Below, piece by piece: positions 40,332 to 51,128 of a stretch of DNA of 64,000 bases. The position numbers and the translations under genes were made by a program. The DNA is taken from the NCBI GenBank assembly GCA_963825135.1, contig CAWGRW010000009.1, forward strand, positions 992,001 to 1,056,000, read 5' to 3'. The notes below the pieces were generated by a model. It did not search any database and had not been told where the DNA came from. It saw only the letters and a list, made by a program, of their open reading frames with translations. Each line of letters begins with the position of its first letter. Position 1 is the first letter of the stretch. This DNA comes from an uncultured bacterium (GTDB lineage Bacteria; Desulfobacterota_D; UBA1144; Nemesobacterales; UBA2774).

Positions 40332-41664
40332 CGGCCACCTCCTCCCTCATTCTTTGAACCTTTATTTCCGTTATTCTTTTACCCGATATCTTATTGACGA
40401 GGAAAACCAGGCTCCCGTACGATACGCTGTCCCCTTCGTCAGGGAATTTCCCGAATATATCGAAAATAAATCCCGCGACCGTCTCGTGGTCCTCCTGCGC
40501 CGGAAGTATCGACAGTTCGAGGTCCTCTCCAAGGTTATCCAGGCCCCCGAACCTGAGGACGGTAAAAAGGAACGTATCGTTGAATTCCTCGATCTTCATG
40601 CTGCCCGGGATTATGAGAGATTCGCCTTCCCACCCGACCTGGGACTTTTTCACCACCCTTCTTTCGTCCTCTATCTCGCCGAACAGTTCCTCGAGTATGT
40701 CCTCCATCGTCACTAAACCGTCGAACCGGCCGTATTCGTCCACGACTATTGCTATATGCTTCCGCTCATGCTGAAGCTCCTTCAGAAGATCGAAGGCCAT
40801 TTTCGTCCGAGGGATAAAATAAGGCGGCTTGAGGATGCTCTTCAATGTCACGTCGTCGGAAAGCTCGTAGGAAAGGAGGTCTTTCGCGTATAGCACCCCC
40901 ACTATATTGTCCTTATCGCCTTCATAAACGGGCGTCCTCGAAAACCCCCTCTTCTTTACCTCGTAAACGGCGTCTTTACGCGAGAGGTTTGCGGGCAGGA
41001 GGAAGCAGTCTATAGAGGGAGTCATGATTTTATACGCCGGCACCTCCTCCAGTCTGAAGAGGCTGCTAACGAGCTTCTCTTCTATCTCCGTTATGACCCC
41101 TTCCTCGCTCCCGAGCCCCACGAGCACCCTGACTTCCTCGGGAGTAAATTCCTTACTGTGCTCATATTCGATTTTCCCGCCCAGAATCCTCGTAAAGCCG
41201 ATAGACAGAATAACGAGAACCCACCTGACGGGAGTAATCAGCAGGTGAAAAAAATGAATGGGATATGAAACGATTCCGGCTATTACCCTCGGATACTTGA
41301 CGCTCAGGGTCTTGGGTCCGATCTCGCCCAGGAGGAGCAGACTCGGTGAGGCCACCGCTATCGAAATGAGCGTCACCGAATGCTCCGAATAACCTCGCAG
41401 GAGCTCATTTATGGTAAGACCTATGACGCTCGTGTACGCAACGTTTACGACCTCGTCGGCAAAAAGGATCGTTACTATCAGCTTATAGGGCTCATGAAGA
41501 AGCTTCTCTATCAGCTTCGAGCTCTTCCTTCCCTCTTTCTTGAGCCTTTCACGCTGGTGCCTGCTCAAAGAAAAAAGCGATCCCTCGGACGCGCTGAAAA
41601 AGCCCGAGAGCAGCAGAAGCAGCAGGATTAATAAAAAGTTATAACTTAACGGTACGTCGTCCAT
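40321..41664 (-). CDS. CNNM/CBS/CorC hemolysin-family protein (tandem paralogue)
   Basis: FFSASE, GEIGPK, FSRTPVY, VDEYG, MEDILEELFGEIEDE. Confidence 0.93.
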   Translation of the reverse strand: MDDVPLSYNFLLILLLLLLSGFFSASEGSLFSLSRHQRERLKKEGRKSSKLIEKLLHEPYKLIVTILFADEVVNVAYTSVIGLTINELLRGYSEHSVTLISIAVASPSLLLLGEIGPKTLSVKYPRVIAGIVSYPIHFFHLLITPVRWVLVILSIGFTRILGGKIEYEHSKEFTPEEVRVLVGLGSEEGVITEIEEKLVSSLFRLEEVPAYKIMTPSIDCFLLPANLSRKDAVYEVKKRGFSRTPVYEGDKDNIVGVLYAKDLLSYELSDDVTLKSILKPPYFIPRTKMAFDLLKELQHERKHIAIVVDEYGRFDGLVTMEDILEELFGEIEDERRVVKKSQVGWEGESLIIPGSMKIEEFNDTFLFTVLRFGGLDNLGEDLELSILPAQEDHETVAGFIFDIFGKFPDEGDSVSYGSLVFLVNKISGKRITEIKVQRMREEVAVVA

Positions 41665-42648
41665 TTAATTCCCGAAGTGGATGAACCCCCTCCTGTTTAT
41701 ACTGATTTCGTTTCCGGCCGAATCGAGTACGGCGAAGGCGGTGTCGGGTACCACCTCGCCTATTTCTGTAATCAGAATATCGAGACTCGCCGAGAGCGCC
41801 CCGATCTCCTCTCTACGCGCGACGGGCGAGGTAAAGAGGATCTCGTAATCCTCTCCTCCGCTCAAAGCAGGTTCATAAAAATCATCCGTGTAATCCGCAA
41901 CATGTTCAGAATATTCCCGAGAGACGGGTATTCGATTTAACTGCAGCACCGCTCCTACACCCTGCTGCAATGTTATACGCTCCAGGTCGAGAAGCAGGCC
42001 GTCGCTCACGTCTATCATGGATGTAGCTACTCCGCTAAGGGCGAGTTTTCTTCCAAGGGAAAGCCTGGGCCTGGGGTATGTGTGCCTCTTTATCAGCGTA
42101 GCATATTCGTCGGACCTTTTCCCGTCCCTGAGCAGCCTCAACCCGAGGGCAGAGTCTCCGAGCGTCCCGCTCACGTATATCGCATCACCCGGCATTGCCC
42201 CGCTTCTTCTGACCATCTTTCCCGGCTCGACCTCGCCGAGCGACGTAACATCGAGAAAGACTTTTTCCGACGAGCTAAGGTTCCCGCCCACGAGTTTCAC
42301 CCCGAACTCCTTCTCGGAGGACTTGAATCCGTTTATCAATTCCAGGAGAAAGCCTTCGTCCTCGTTCCCCGAAAACCCGAGCGACGCCAGAATGAACTTC
42401 GGGACTCCGCCCATTGCTCCTATGTCGCTAACGGATACCGCGACTGACTTTCTCGCCAGATCGCCAGGGGATATAAGAGATTTTAGAAAATGAACATCCT
42501 CGACCTGACAATCCGTCGTTGCAAGGAGGAGTTTTCCCGGGCTTACCTTAAGGGCCGCGGCATCGTCCCCAATCCCAGCCTCAACGCATTCTTTTGCGCC
42601 GTGAAACTGCTCTTCGATGAGACGAAGAGCGCTCAGTTCGTTTATCAT
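41665..42648 (-). CDS. thiL: Thiamine-monophosphate kinase
   Basis: GIGDDAA, SDIGAMGG, IDVSDGL, GGEDYEILF. Confidence 0.96.
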   Translation of the reverse strand: MINELSALRLIEEQFHGAKECVEAGIGDDAAALKVSPGKLLLATTDCQVEDVHFLKSLISPGDLARKSVAVSVSDIGAMGGVPKFILASLGFSGNEDEGFLLELINGFKSSEKEFGVKLVGGNLSSSEKVFLDVTSLGEVEPGKMVRRSGAMPGDAIYVSGTLGDSALGLRLLRDGKRSDEYATLIKRHTYPRPRLSLGRKLALSGVATSMIDVSDGLLLDLERITLQQGVGAVLQLNRIPVSREYSEHVADYTDDFYEPALSGGEDYEILFTSPVARREEIGALSASLDILITEIGEVVPDTAFAVLDSAGNEISINRRGFIHFGN

Positions 42649-42963
42649 GCGGATTAAATCCCGGAATCTGCCTTATGTAGCTGTATGTTCCTGATTAAAA
42701 AATCTGTTTGTAAGGCGGGAGCGATAACTACGATTGAATTATGGTAACACAAATGAGGGTCGGCTTCTGTCATATTGAGTTATTACTTCAAACCTCGGTT
42801 TTTAAGTTTTAGTTTAAGTTTAGGATATTCCCCCATATATGTCAACAAAAGTCATGGACTTGCATATGCCCGATGGAACTTGGAACTACTCGCCGGTCCC
42901 GGATCAACTCAAGCGCCATCAATTAATACAATGAATAGCGAGACCGGGCCCGAATGAGTGCGA

Positions 42964-45900
42964 TTACCGCTGGGCGTAGTTTTCTCCCCGCCGCCTCCCT
43001 CTCAGACGGGAGAGGGAAAGTTTGGGGACGTAGCTCTGAATCTTGTCCATATATATATAAAAGACGGGCGTAAGGTACAGGGTGATGAGCTGAGAGAAAA
43101 GGAGGCCGCCTACCACAGTCAGGCCCAGCGGTCGTCGCGACTCGGCTCCCGCACCGCTGCTGAGAGCCAGCGGCAGCGCACCCAGGAGCGCAGCCATAGT
43201 AGTCATCATGATAGGACGGAAGCGGATGAGACAGCCCTGGTAAATCGCTTCGACGGGGCCCTTTCCCTCGTTCCTCTGCGCATCGAGCGCGAAATCGATC
43301 TGCATTATCGCGTTCTTCTTGACTATTCCGATAAGCATTATCAGCCCTACAAAACCGTAGACGTTTAGCTCCATGCCGAAAATAAAAAGAATGAGCAGAG
43401 CCCCGAACCCAGCCGAGGGGAGTCCCGAGAGAATCGTTACGGGATGAATGAAGCTCTCGTACAGAATCCCGAGGATCATATATATGACCAGGATCGAGAA
43501 AATAAGCAGGAGACCGAGTCCTCCGAGCGACTTCTGAAACTCCTGAGCGACGCCCTGGAACGTCGTGCTCATATTCGGGCGGCAGCGTATCGTGTACGGC
43601 CTTGTTAATGCTGCTTACCGCTTCCCCGAGCGAAACCCCGGGTTTCAGATTGAACGAAATTGAGACAGCCGGGAACTGCCCCAGATGGTTTATGGTTTTA
43701 GGGCCGAGGTTCTCTTTAAAAGTCGCGACCGTATCGAGCGGGATCAAGTGCTTGTCGGACGAATTGATATAGAGCTTCGACAGCGCCTCCGGGTCCATCT
43801 GATATTCAGGTTCGAGCTCCATGATAACCTTAAACTGATTCGTCGGCGCATATATGGTAGATACCCAGCTGTCGCCGTAAGCGTTGTTTAACGCATTCTC
43901 TATCTGGCCCGGCGACACGCCGAGGACGGCGGCTTTATCCCTGTCGATCTCTACATTCACTTGAGGATTTTTGATCTCGAGATCGCTCGTCACGTCCTGG
44001 AGCTCCGGCATGCCGCGCATTTTTTCTTCGAGTATAGGGGCGTATTTGTAGAGCTCCTCCAGATCGGGGCTCTGCACCGTGAACTGATAAAGGCTTTTTG
44101 ACAGCTGTCCTCCGAGGCGTATCTCCGGCGGGTCCTGCAGGTATGCCGTTACGCCGGGCACCTCCGCGAGCTTGGGCCTCAGCTCCTCAATAATCTCCGA
44201 AGAAGAAGGACGCTTGGAGCGTGGAACGAGGTGGAAAAACATTCTCCCCTGGTTAAGCCCGCTCGTACCCGACCCTCCCGAGCCTATCGCCGAAAAAAAC
44301 GCGTCGACGTAAGGGCTCTTCCTGGCTTCATCGGCTACCGCCATCTGGTATTCCTTCATCTTGTCAAACGATGTCCCCTGCGCCGCCTCCGTAATCGCAA
44401 ATATAGTGCCCTGATCCTCATTAGGCAGAAACCCCTTGGGTATTTTTACAAACAGGAATGCGGTGAAGATAAGAATCACTCCGTTCAACAATAAAAATGC
44501 CCTGCGGTGCTCGAGCACCCGCGTGAGGCTCCATTCGTAGGCCCTGAACATGGAGTCGAAATATCTCTCTGTCACGTTATAGAGGCGCCCGTGTGTTTTC
44601 TCCTTTTCGCTCCTGAGAAAGCGGCTGCAGAGCATCGGGGTAAGGGTAAGCGACACGAAACCCGATATAAGTATCGCGGCCGTGATCGATACGGCGAACT
44701 CGTTGAAGAGCCTTCCTATAACGCCGCCCATCAGGAGCACTGGAATGAATACGGCGGCGAGCGAGAGCGTCATCGAGACGAGCGTAAAGCTTATCTCCTT
44801 CGATCCGTCGAGAGCCGCCTCGATCGGGCTCTTACCCATCTCCAGGTGCCTGACTATGTTCTCGAGCATGACAATCGCGTCATCGACCACAAAACCCGTC
44901 GCAAGTATGAGGGCCATCATGGAAAGGTTATTCATGCTGAACCCGAGCATGTACATGACGATGAACGTCCCCACTATCGAGAGAGGGAGCGCGAGGCTCG
45001 GGATAACCGTTGCGGAGAGGTTCCTCAGGAAAAGAAATATGACCATGACGACAAGGCCCAGGGTCAGAAGCATGGTGAACTTCACCTCGGACATCGATTC
45101 CCTGATCGAAGCGGAACGGTCATAGAGAAGGTGGAGCTGTACCGACGGGGGGAGGTATGCCTTGAGTTTCGGCACGACCTCCTTGACCGCGTCCGCGACG
45201 GCTACGGAATTCGTTCCGGGCTGACGCTGTACGGCTAACACGACCGCCCTTATCGACCCCTGGGGCGTCACAAACCATGCCGCGTTCTTATCCTCTTCAA
45301 CGCTGTCGATTACCCTTCCCAGCTGTCCGAGGCGTACGGGAGAGCCGTCCCGGTAGGCTACTATGATGTCGCGGTAAGGCTCTGCGCTGTAAAGCTGACC
45401 GGTGGCGAGGACGGTAAACGCCTTATCATGACCGTAGAGCGTCCCGGTCGGCAGGTTCACGTTCGCGTTCCTGACCGCATTCTCCACCTCGTTTATTCCG
45501 ATGCCCTTACTCGAAAGCGCATCCGGGTCGAGCTGTATCCTGACAGCGTATTTCTGAGAACCGAAGATCTGGACCTGCGCCACGCCGCTGACCATGGAAA
45601 CACGCTGTCCTATGATGGTATCGGCGTATTCATTGAGCTCCCAGAGCGGGAGGGTGTCCGAGACAACGGCAAAATACAGAATCGGCTGATCTGCGGGGTT
45701 CACCTTCCTGTAGGTGGGCGGCTGGGGCATGTCCTGGGGGAGAAGCGGTGTTGCGCGGGAAATAGCGGTCTGGACGTCCTGGGCGGCTGAGTCGAGCTGC
45801 CTGCTGAGGTCAAACTGGAGCGTGATTTGGGTCGCGCCGAGCGCGTTCACGGAGGTCATGGAGCTCACGCCATCGATCGTTGAGAACTGACGCTCGAGCG

Positions 45901-46096
45901 GCGTGGCCACAGAGGACGCCATCGTTTCGGGGCTTGCTCCCGGAAGACTCGCGGTCACGAGGAGAGTCGGAAAATCCACATTCGGCAGGTCGCTCACAGG
46001 GAGAGCCCTGTAACCCACAATCCCGAAAAGCAGGATGCCGACCATTATGAGCGTCGTCATAATGGGTCTGCGAATGAAAATCCCGGATATGTTCAA
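42964..46096 (-). pseudogene. RND efflux permease (MdtB/MdtC-like) with one +1 frameshift near 43577; pseudogene or sequencing error
   Basis: FIRRP.., GFVVDDAIVMLENI in ORF 1; [17 protein letters not shown] in ORF 42964-43572; removing one base from CCGCCCGAAT joins them into about 1043 aa. Confidence 0.9.
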
Positions 46097-46135
46097 CTGC
46101 CTTTTCCCTCCGTCCGAACGTCAAAAAGGCCCGTT

Positions 46136-47326
46136 TCAGGCCTCATTTTCCTTGCCTTCCTTAATAGTCACCTTGACCCCGGGGGCCAGACGGAGCTGTC
46201 CCTCGGTGACTACCCGCTCCCCGGGCTTGAGCCCCTCGAGAATCACGACGTCCTGCCCTGATTTCACCCCTTCGACTACAGGCCGGGACTCCACCGTAGA
46301 GTCGGACGCGACTACGAATACGTACGTTCCGTCCCTGCCCGTCTGAACTGCCTTTGCGGGTACTAGAATTGCGTTTTTCTGCGTTGTAAGGGTAAGCGAC
46401 ACGTTTACGAACTTCCCCGGCCAGAGTGCTTCGTCTTCATTCCGGAAAACCCCCTTTAGCATAATCGTACCCGTCGCCTCGTTTACCTCGTTATTAATAA
46501 AATTGAGATCCCCCTCAACCGCCCGGGACTCGGCATGGGAACCCGTGTCCGATGCGGGCTCTTGCTTCAAAGCGCTCACCGGGGAGGAGGATTTGCCCTC
46601 GGGAATTTCCGCGTAGACCTTGAGACCCCCTTCGGACGCCAAATAATTCTTGATGTCGGACAGGTACTGCTCGGGCAGGGAAAAATTCACATTGACGGGT
46701 TTCGTCTGGTTGACGACTGCAAGAATAGTCTTCCTCTTCTCGACTGTGTTCCCTGTATGTACGAGTATCTCGCCTATGCGCCCGTCTATGGGCGAGCGTA
46801 TGGAGCAATACTCAATATCGAGCTTCGCTTTTTCCGCCGCTGCCGCGTCCGCCCTTACGGCCGCTTCGAGGGCCTGATAATCGGCGCTGTACTGCTCGAA
46901 CTGCTGCTCGGAGACGACGCCCCTCTTGACGAGGTCTTCATACCGCCTCGCGTCCTCTTTCGCCTTTTTCATCTGGGCCGTATCCCTTGCCGTGTTGGCT
47001 TCGGATCCCCTGTACACGTATTCGAAAGGGCGCGTGTCTAAAAGAAAAAGCATATCTCCCTTTTTAACGCTATCCCCTTCTTTAAAATAAATTTGCTCAA
47101 GCTCTCCGTCCACCTGCGGCTTGATTTCCACTGTCGAATACGCCTCGACGTTCCCCACGGCGTGAAGCTGAAGCGGCACGTCCCTTTGCTCGACCGTTGC
47201 TACCCTGACGGGAACGCTTGCCGCCTGTACTTGCTGACCCGGCTCGTCGCTGCCCCCGGAACAAGCTGCTATACAAATTAAAATTGCGGTATGTAAGAAT
47301 ACGTAAACCGACCGGCGACGAGTCAT
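46136..47326 (-). CDS. RND membrane fusion protein (MdtA-like lipoprotein)
   Basis: IAAC lipobox, FKEGDSVKKG, IRSPIDG, LWPGKFV, GERVVTEG. Confidence 0.94.
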   Translation of the reverse strand: MTRRRSVYVFLHTAILICIAACSGGSDEPGQQVQAASVPVRVATVEQRDVPLQLHAVGNVEAYSTVEIKPQVDGELEQIYFKEGDSVKKGDMLFLLDTRPFEYVYRGSEANTARDTAQMKKAKEDARRYEDLVKRGVVSEQQFEQYSADYQALEAAVRADAAAAEKAKLDIEYCSIRSPIDGRIGEILVHTGNTVEKRKTILAVVNQTKPVNVNFSLPEQYLSDIKNYLASEGGLKVYAEIPEGKSSSPVSALKQEPASDTGSHAESRAVEGDLNFINNEVNEATGTIMLKGVFRNEDEALWPGKFVNVSLTLTTQKNAILVPAKAVQTGRDGTYVFVVASDSTVESRPVVEGVKSGQDVVILEGLKPGERVVTEGQLRLAPGVKVTIKEGKENEA

Positions 47327-47516
47327 GAAGTTTTTCCTCCCGTCCGTATTATTCGAAAATGACCTGAGATAAGTTTATCCACTTCCTATATACCTCATAC
47401 CATCCACCCGGAAAGCCATGCAAGACCGATCGGCCGGCAGTGAAAGTTACCAATACTCAGCGGATATCAGGTTCCCCTGATGATTGCACGCCAGGCGAAA
47501 CCCTCTACAGAAAGTG

Positions 47517-47534
47517 TAAGTAAGTGCTTACTTA
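47517..47534. promoter_or_regulatory. Palindromic operator-like site upstream of the RND operon
   Basis: TAAGTAAG-TG-CTTACTTA; minus-strand TTGACA about 35 nt upstream. Confidence 0.65.
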
Positions 47535-47652
47535 GACCTAATAAATATCCGTAACATTGTCCGGGTTGTCAATTTATAATCGATGTAAATGCTCTTTTTC
47601 TCTTTCATTCCGGGTTCCCGGCTAATCGGAACTACGGCCCTCAGGTCGCACT

Positions 47653-48228
47653 CTACTTGTTCGGAGAAATCTTTTCCCAAACCTGATTTGTCACAGGCGG
47701 GGCGGACGGCGTCGTAACATGGATGAACCGATAGCCCGAAGAGCTATGACAATCGTTGCAGGCATATAGAGCTTTATTATACGAATCCGTGAACGCCGCG
47801 AGACTTTGTTCGTCAATTGCTCTTTGCATATCCGCAACTTGAGGCCCGAGTACGGATTTAATTTCAACTGAAATATCTACATTATTTCGGGATACGTTTA
47901 AGCCGGCAACGGCATCCATAGTTTCCGAGGTCTCGTGAAGCTCGTAATCTGCAAGGTCCCAGTTCGAGGCTCCGGCGGCAAACCACATCTTTGCCATATG
48001 CAATTGCAAGCCGGACATGTACTCGCCCAGGCCCGGGACTTGATCTTTCAGAAAACTCACCTGTTTATCGAGTGTAATTACCGACGACTCAAAAGCCGCC
48101 ATCCGGGCGGAGAGTTCGCCGTTACTATCGGCTATTAACCTTTGCAATAAAGCGATTCTGAAAGAAAGAACCACTATTATGCCAAGCACGATTATAAATC
48201 CCGCGCTGACCAGGAACTTATATTTCAA
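47653..48228 (-). CDS. Membrane-anchored putative monoheme c-type cytochrome (cytochrome c'-like)
   Basis: N-terminal TM, coiled coil, helical domain with a single CNDCH near the C-terminus; GGAGG RBS. Confidence 0.7.
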   Translation of the reverse strand: MKYKFLVSAGFIIVLGIIVVLSFRIALLQRLIADSNGELSARMAAFESSVITLDKQVSFLKDQVPGLGEYMSGLQLHMAKMWFAAGASNWDLADYELHETSETMDAVAGLNVSRNNVDISVEIKSVLGPQVADMQRAIDEQSLAAFTDSYNKALYACNDCHSSSGYRFIHVTTPSAPPVTNQVWEKISPNK

Positions 48229-48563
48229 TGGAGGCCTCCCGTAAAATTAATGATTTCCGACCGGATATTGTTAGCTATAGATTACCCAAGGCAGGGACTA
48301 ATACAGGCAGGATCGTCAGCCGGGCCGCCGTTTGGATCTCTCCCTTTCTCCTTCCCTCATGCTCTATACGTTCGGGATTTTCGTAAGACTCCGAAGACAT
48401 GGAATTACCGACTGTACAATTTGTCGGCGAAGACGGGAAGTTACTCTGCGTGCGCGGGCATCCTGCACCCGCACCGGTTTCGTATATATTTTAGTTCTTA
48501 GATTGATTTTTATTTCATATCCCGATATAAAAAAGACAGGGAGGTTATAATAATCCCCTTACT

Positions 48564-50093
48564 ATGATCGCTAAGGTCCTGTCGAGCGCAGTCCTGGGAG
48601 TAGACGCATACCTGGTCGAAGTCGAGGTAGACCTCGCGTTCGGCCTCCCGCAGTTCAACACCGTCGGGCTCCCCGAAGGGGCGGTCAGGGAAAGCAAAGA
48701 GCGGGTCAGGGCGGCAATAAAGAACTGCGGCTACGATTTCCCTCAGAGAAGGATTACGGTCAACCTCGCCCCCGCCGACATAAGAAAAGAGGGTTCGGCA
48801 TTCGACCTCCCCATATCCCTCGGCATCCTGTCCGCGATAGGCTTGATAGACCACGAGCTCCTGAGCTCATACGTAATCCTGGGCGAGCTCTCGCTCGACG
48901 GCAGGGTAAAGCCGATAAAGGGCGCCCTGCCCTCGTCCATTTGCGCGAGGGACTCGGGGTTAAAGGGCATAATCCTCCCCCGGGAGAACGCGGATGAGGC
49001 CGCCGTCGTCGAGGGTGTGGACGTATACGCGGTCGAGTCCCTTCAGGACATTGTCGAGTTCATAGCTGGGAAGAGGGGGATCGAGCCTACAAGGATTGAC
49101 GTAGGCTCGTTATTCACGAGGTCGAAGACTTACGACGTCGATTTTCACGAGGTGAAGGGGCAGGAGCATGTGAAACGCGCGCTTGAAGTCGCGGCGAGCG
49201 GCGGGCACAACGTGCTCATGATAGGCTCCCCGGGCACGGGAAAAACGATGCTCGCCCGGAGGCTCCCGACCATACTCCCCGACATGAGCTTCGAAGAGGC
49301 GCTCGAGACGACCAAGATATATTCCGTGTCGGGCCTCCTCCCCGACCATTCGTCGCTATACGCTACGAGGCCCTTCCGCTCCCCCCACCATACTATCAGC
49401 GACGCGGGTCTCATTGGCGGGGGTGCGATTCCCAAGCCGGGCGAGGTGAGCCTCGCTCATAACGGCGTATTATTTCTCGACGAGCTTCCCGAGTTCCGCA
49501 AAAATGTGTTAGAAGTCATGCGCCAGCCTTTGGAGGACGGCATGGTGACTATATCGAGGGCGTCCACATCGATCACGTACCCGGCCAACTTCATGCTCGT
49601 CGCCGCCATGAACCCCTGCCCCTGCGGCTATCACGGGGATCTGCAAAAAGAATGCACGTGCTCGCCCATACAGATACAGAAGTACAGGGCCAAGGTCTCG
49701 GGCCCTCTCTTAGACAGGATAGACATTCACATAGAGGTCCCGCCCGTGAGATATAAGGAGCTCGCCGACGAAGCGGGAGGGGAAGGCTCGGCCCCTATAA
49801 AGACCCGCGTGAATATGGCGCGTGAGATACAGAAGTTGAGGTTCAAGAGGAGCAAAATCCACTCGAATTCCCAGATGTCCCCGTCCATGGTGAGGAAGGC
49901 GTCCAGGCCCGACGATAAAGGGATAAAGCTGCTTGAGACCGCGATTGATAAACTGGGCCTGAGCGCGAGGGCTTATGACCGGATACTGAAAGTCTCCCGC
50001 ACTATCGCCGACCTCGAAGGTGCTGAGTCCGTCCTCGCCCACCACATATCGGAAGCAATTCAATACAGGTCCCTCGACAGGAGTCAGGTCTAG
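48564..50093 (+). CDS. comM: ComM/YifB Mg-chelatase-like AAA ATPase
   Basis: [54 protein letters not shown]. Confidence 0.96.
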   Translation: MIAKVLSSAVLGVDAYLVEVEVDLAFGLPQFNTVGLPEGAVRESKERVRAAIKNCGYDFPQRRITVNLAPADIRKEGSAFDLPISLGILSAIGLIDHELLSSYVILGELSLDGRVKPIKGALPSSICARDSGLKGIILPRENADEAAVVEGVDVYAVESLQDIVEFIAGKRGIEPTRIDVGSLFTRSKTYDVDFHEVKGQEHVKRALEVAASGGHNVLMIGSPGTGKTMLARRLPTILPDMSFEEALETTKIYSVSGLLPDHSSLYATRPFRSPHHTISDAGLIGGGAIPKPGEVSLAHNGVLFLDELPEFRKNVLEVMRQPLEDGMVTISRASTSITYPANFMLVAAMNPCPCGYHGDLQKECTCSPIQIQKYRAKVSGPLLDRIDIHIEVPPVRYKELADEAGGEGSAPIKTRVNMAREIQKLRFKRSKIHSNSQMSPSMVRKASRPDDKGIKLLETAIDKLGLSARAYDRILKVSRTIADLEGAESVLAHHISEAIQYRSLDRSQV

Positions 50094-50152
50094 TTCCGGA
50101 TCGAGGGTACTTGTAAAGGAACGGACCGCGACCACGGGCTATGCAGTGTTTA

Positions 50153-50533
50153 TCACACGTTCCTCGGCGTCAGGTGGCTCAAAATCAAGCCCGCGACGAC
50201 CCCGAGAAGGACGATCACCAATAAACTATCGACCATGGCCAGGACACGCCCGGCTACCGTGAACGGAACTATATCTCCATAGCCCACAGTCCCGGCGGTA
50301 ATAATGCTCCAGTAAAGGGCGTCAAAAAAAGTGAGCTTTTGATAACCGTTTGCGAGGCGGTACTCATTCTCGAACAGCATGAACAGGGAAGGCGATATGA
50401 ATGCCACGAGTATTAAAACCCCGAGTATGAAATTAATCATCATTCTTCTCAGGCGCACCACGCGCTTTTGCTCATAAAGAAGGACGGTGTTTTTTAACCT
50501 GAAAAAATCAGAGTCCATCGTATTTTCAGCCAC
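50153..50533 (-). CDS. Minimal two-TM potassium channel
   Basis: DALYWSIITAGTVGYGDIVP selectivity filter flanked by two TMs. Confidence 0.88.
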   Translation of the reverse strand: MAENTMDSDFFRLKNTVLLYEQKRVVRLRRMMINFILGVLILVAFISPSLFMLFENEYRLANGYQKLTFFDALYWSIITAGTVGYGDIVPFTVAGRVLAMVDSLLVIVLLGVVAGLILSHLTPRNV

Positions 50534-50544
50534 GTGAAGATCGA

Positions 50545-50707
50545 TTCGACAACCCGCGTTTTGAAAGGACGGTATTCACGGGGGGGGCTTTCCTACACCT
50601 TTGCAAATGCGGTCTTCGTCAAGCTCAATTACGCCCTTCGCATGCTTGGGTCGCCCGATTTCAACAACGAAAACACGATCGATCTGGCGTTCGGGTGGGT
50701 TTATTGA
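50545..50707 (+). pseudogene. 3'-terminal fragment of a probable outer-membrane beta-barrel gene
   Basis: FDNPRFERTVFTGG/LSYTFANAVFVKLNYALRMLGSPDFNNENTIDLAFGWVY* with a +1 slip in a G run; amphipathic strands and terminal aromatic; no 5' part present. Confidence 0.55.
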
Positions 50708-50755
50708 TTATCCGAGATCAAAGATCGGCAGTCATATTGCAGGCTAATTCTCTTT

Positions 50756-50811
50756 CCGCATATCAGTGTGAGGTCCGGTACAGGCTACTCGACAGGTATG
50801 GTATCCGCTGA
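50756..50811 (+). repeat. Degenerate copy 2 of a comM 3' end
   Basis: CCgCATATC...TACAGGctaCTCGACAGG vs comM CCaCATATC...TACAGGtccCTCGACAGG; reads HIS..V.YRLLDRYGIR* with a 1-nt gap. Confidence 0.6.
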
Positions 50812-51128
50812 TGATGAAAACTTCTCCGATTTAAATTCCTCATTAAGTTACGGGCATTCAAGCCGGATTTTCTCATCTGTGCCTATTGACTTTGGAAGAC
50901 GTTTTTGATTACACTCCTAAACAAAAGAGTGATTAGTAAGCTTATTCGCACGACACTCCGTATCGGGATGTTTCTACGAATTTTAATCCGCTCAATTAAT
51001 AATTCGGCGGCGGAATTGGCCGAAATCCGTTCCGTCACGGTCCCGCTGATGCGAAGTCGGCGGCCGGGAATGCACCATCAGCGTTGCGGTGCTTTCGGCC
51101 AATACTACTAGATCAGTGAGGAGTGCTA

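Noticed and set aside
43560..43590. Programmed frameshift in the RND gene
   Set aside because: No slippery heptamer or long homopolymer; a simple indel is more parsimonious
51012..51055. Cobalamin riboswitch suggested by GGAA..AAATCC..ACGGTCCCGC
   Set aside because: Lacks the ACTGT, GCCACTG and GGGAAG core elements; reported only as an unclassified structure
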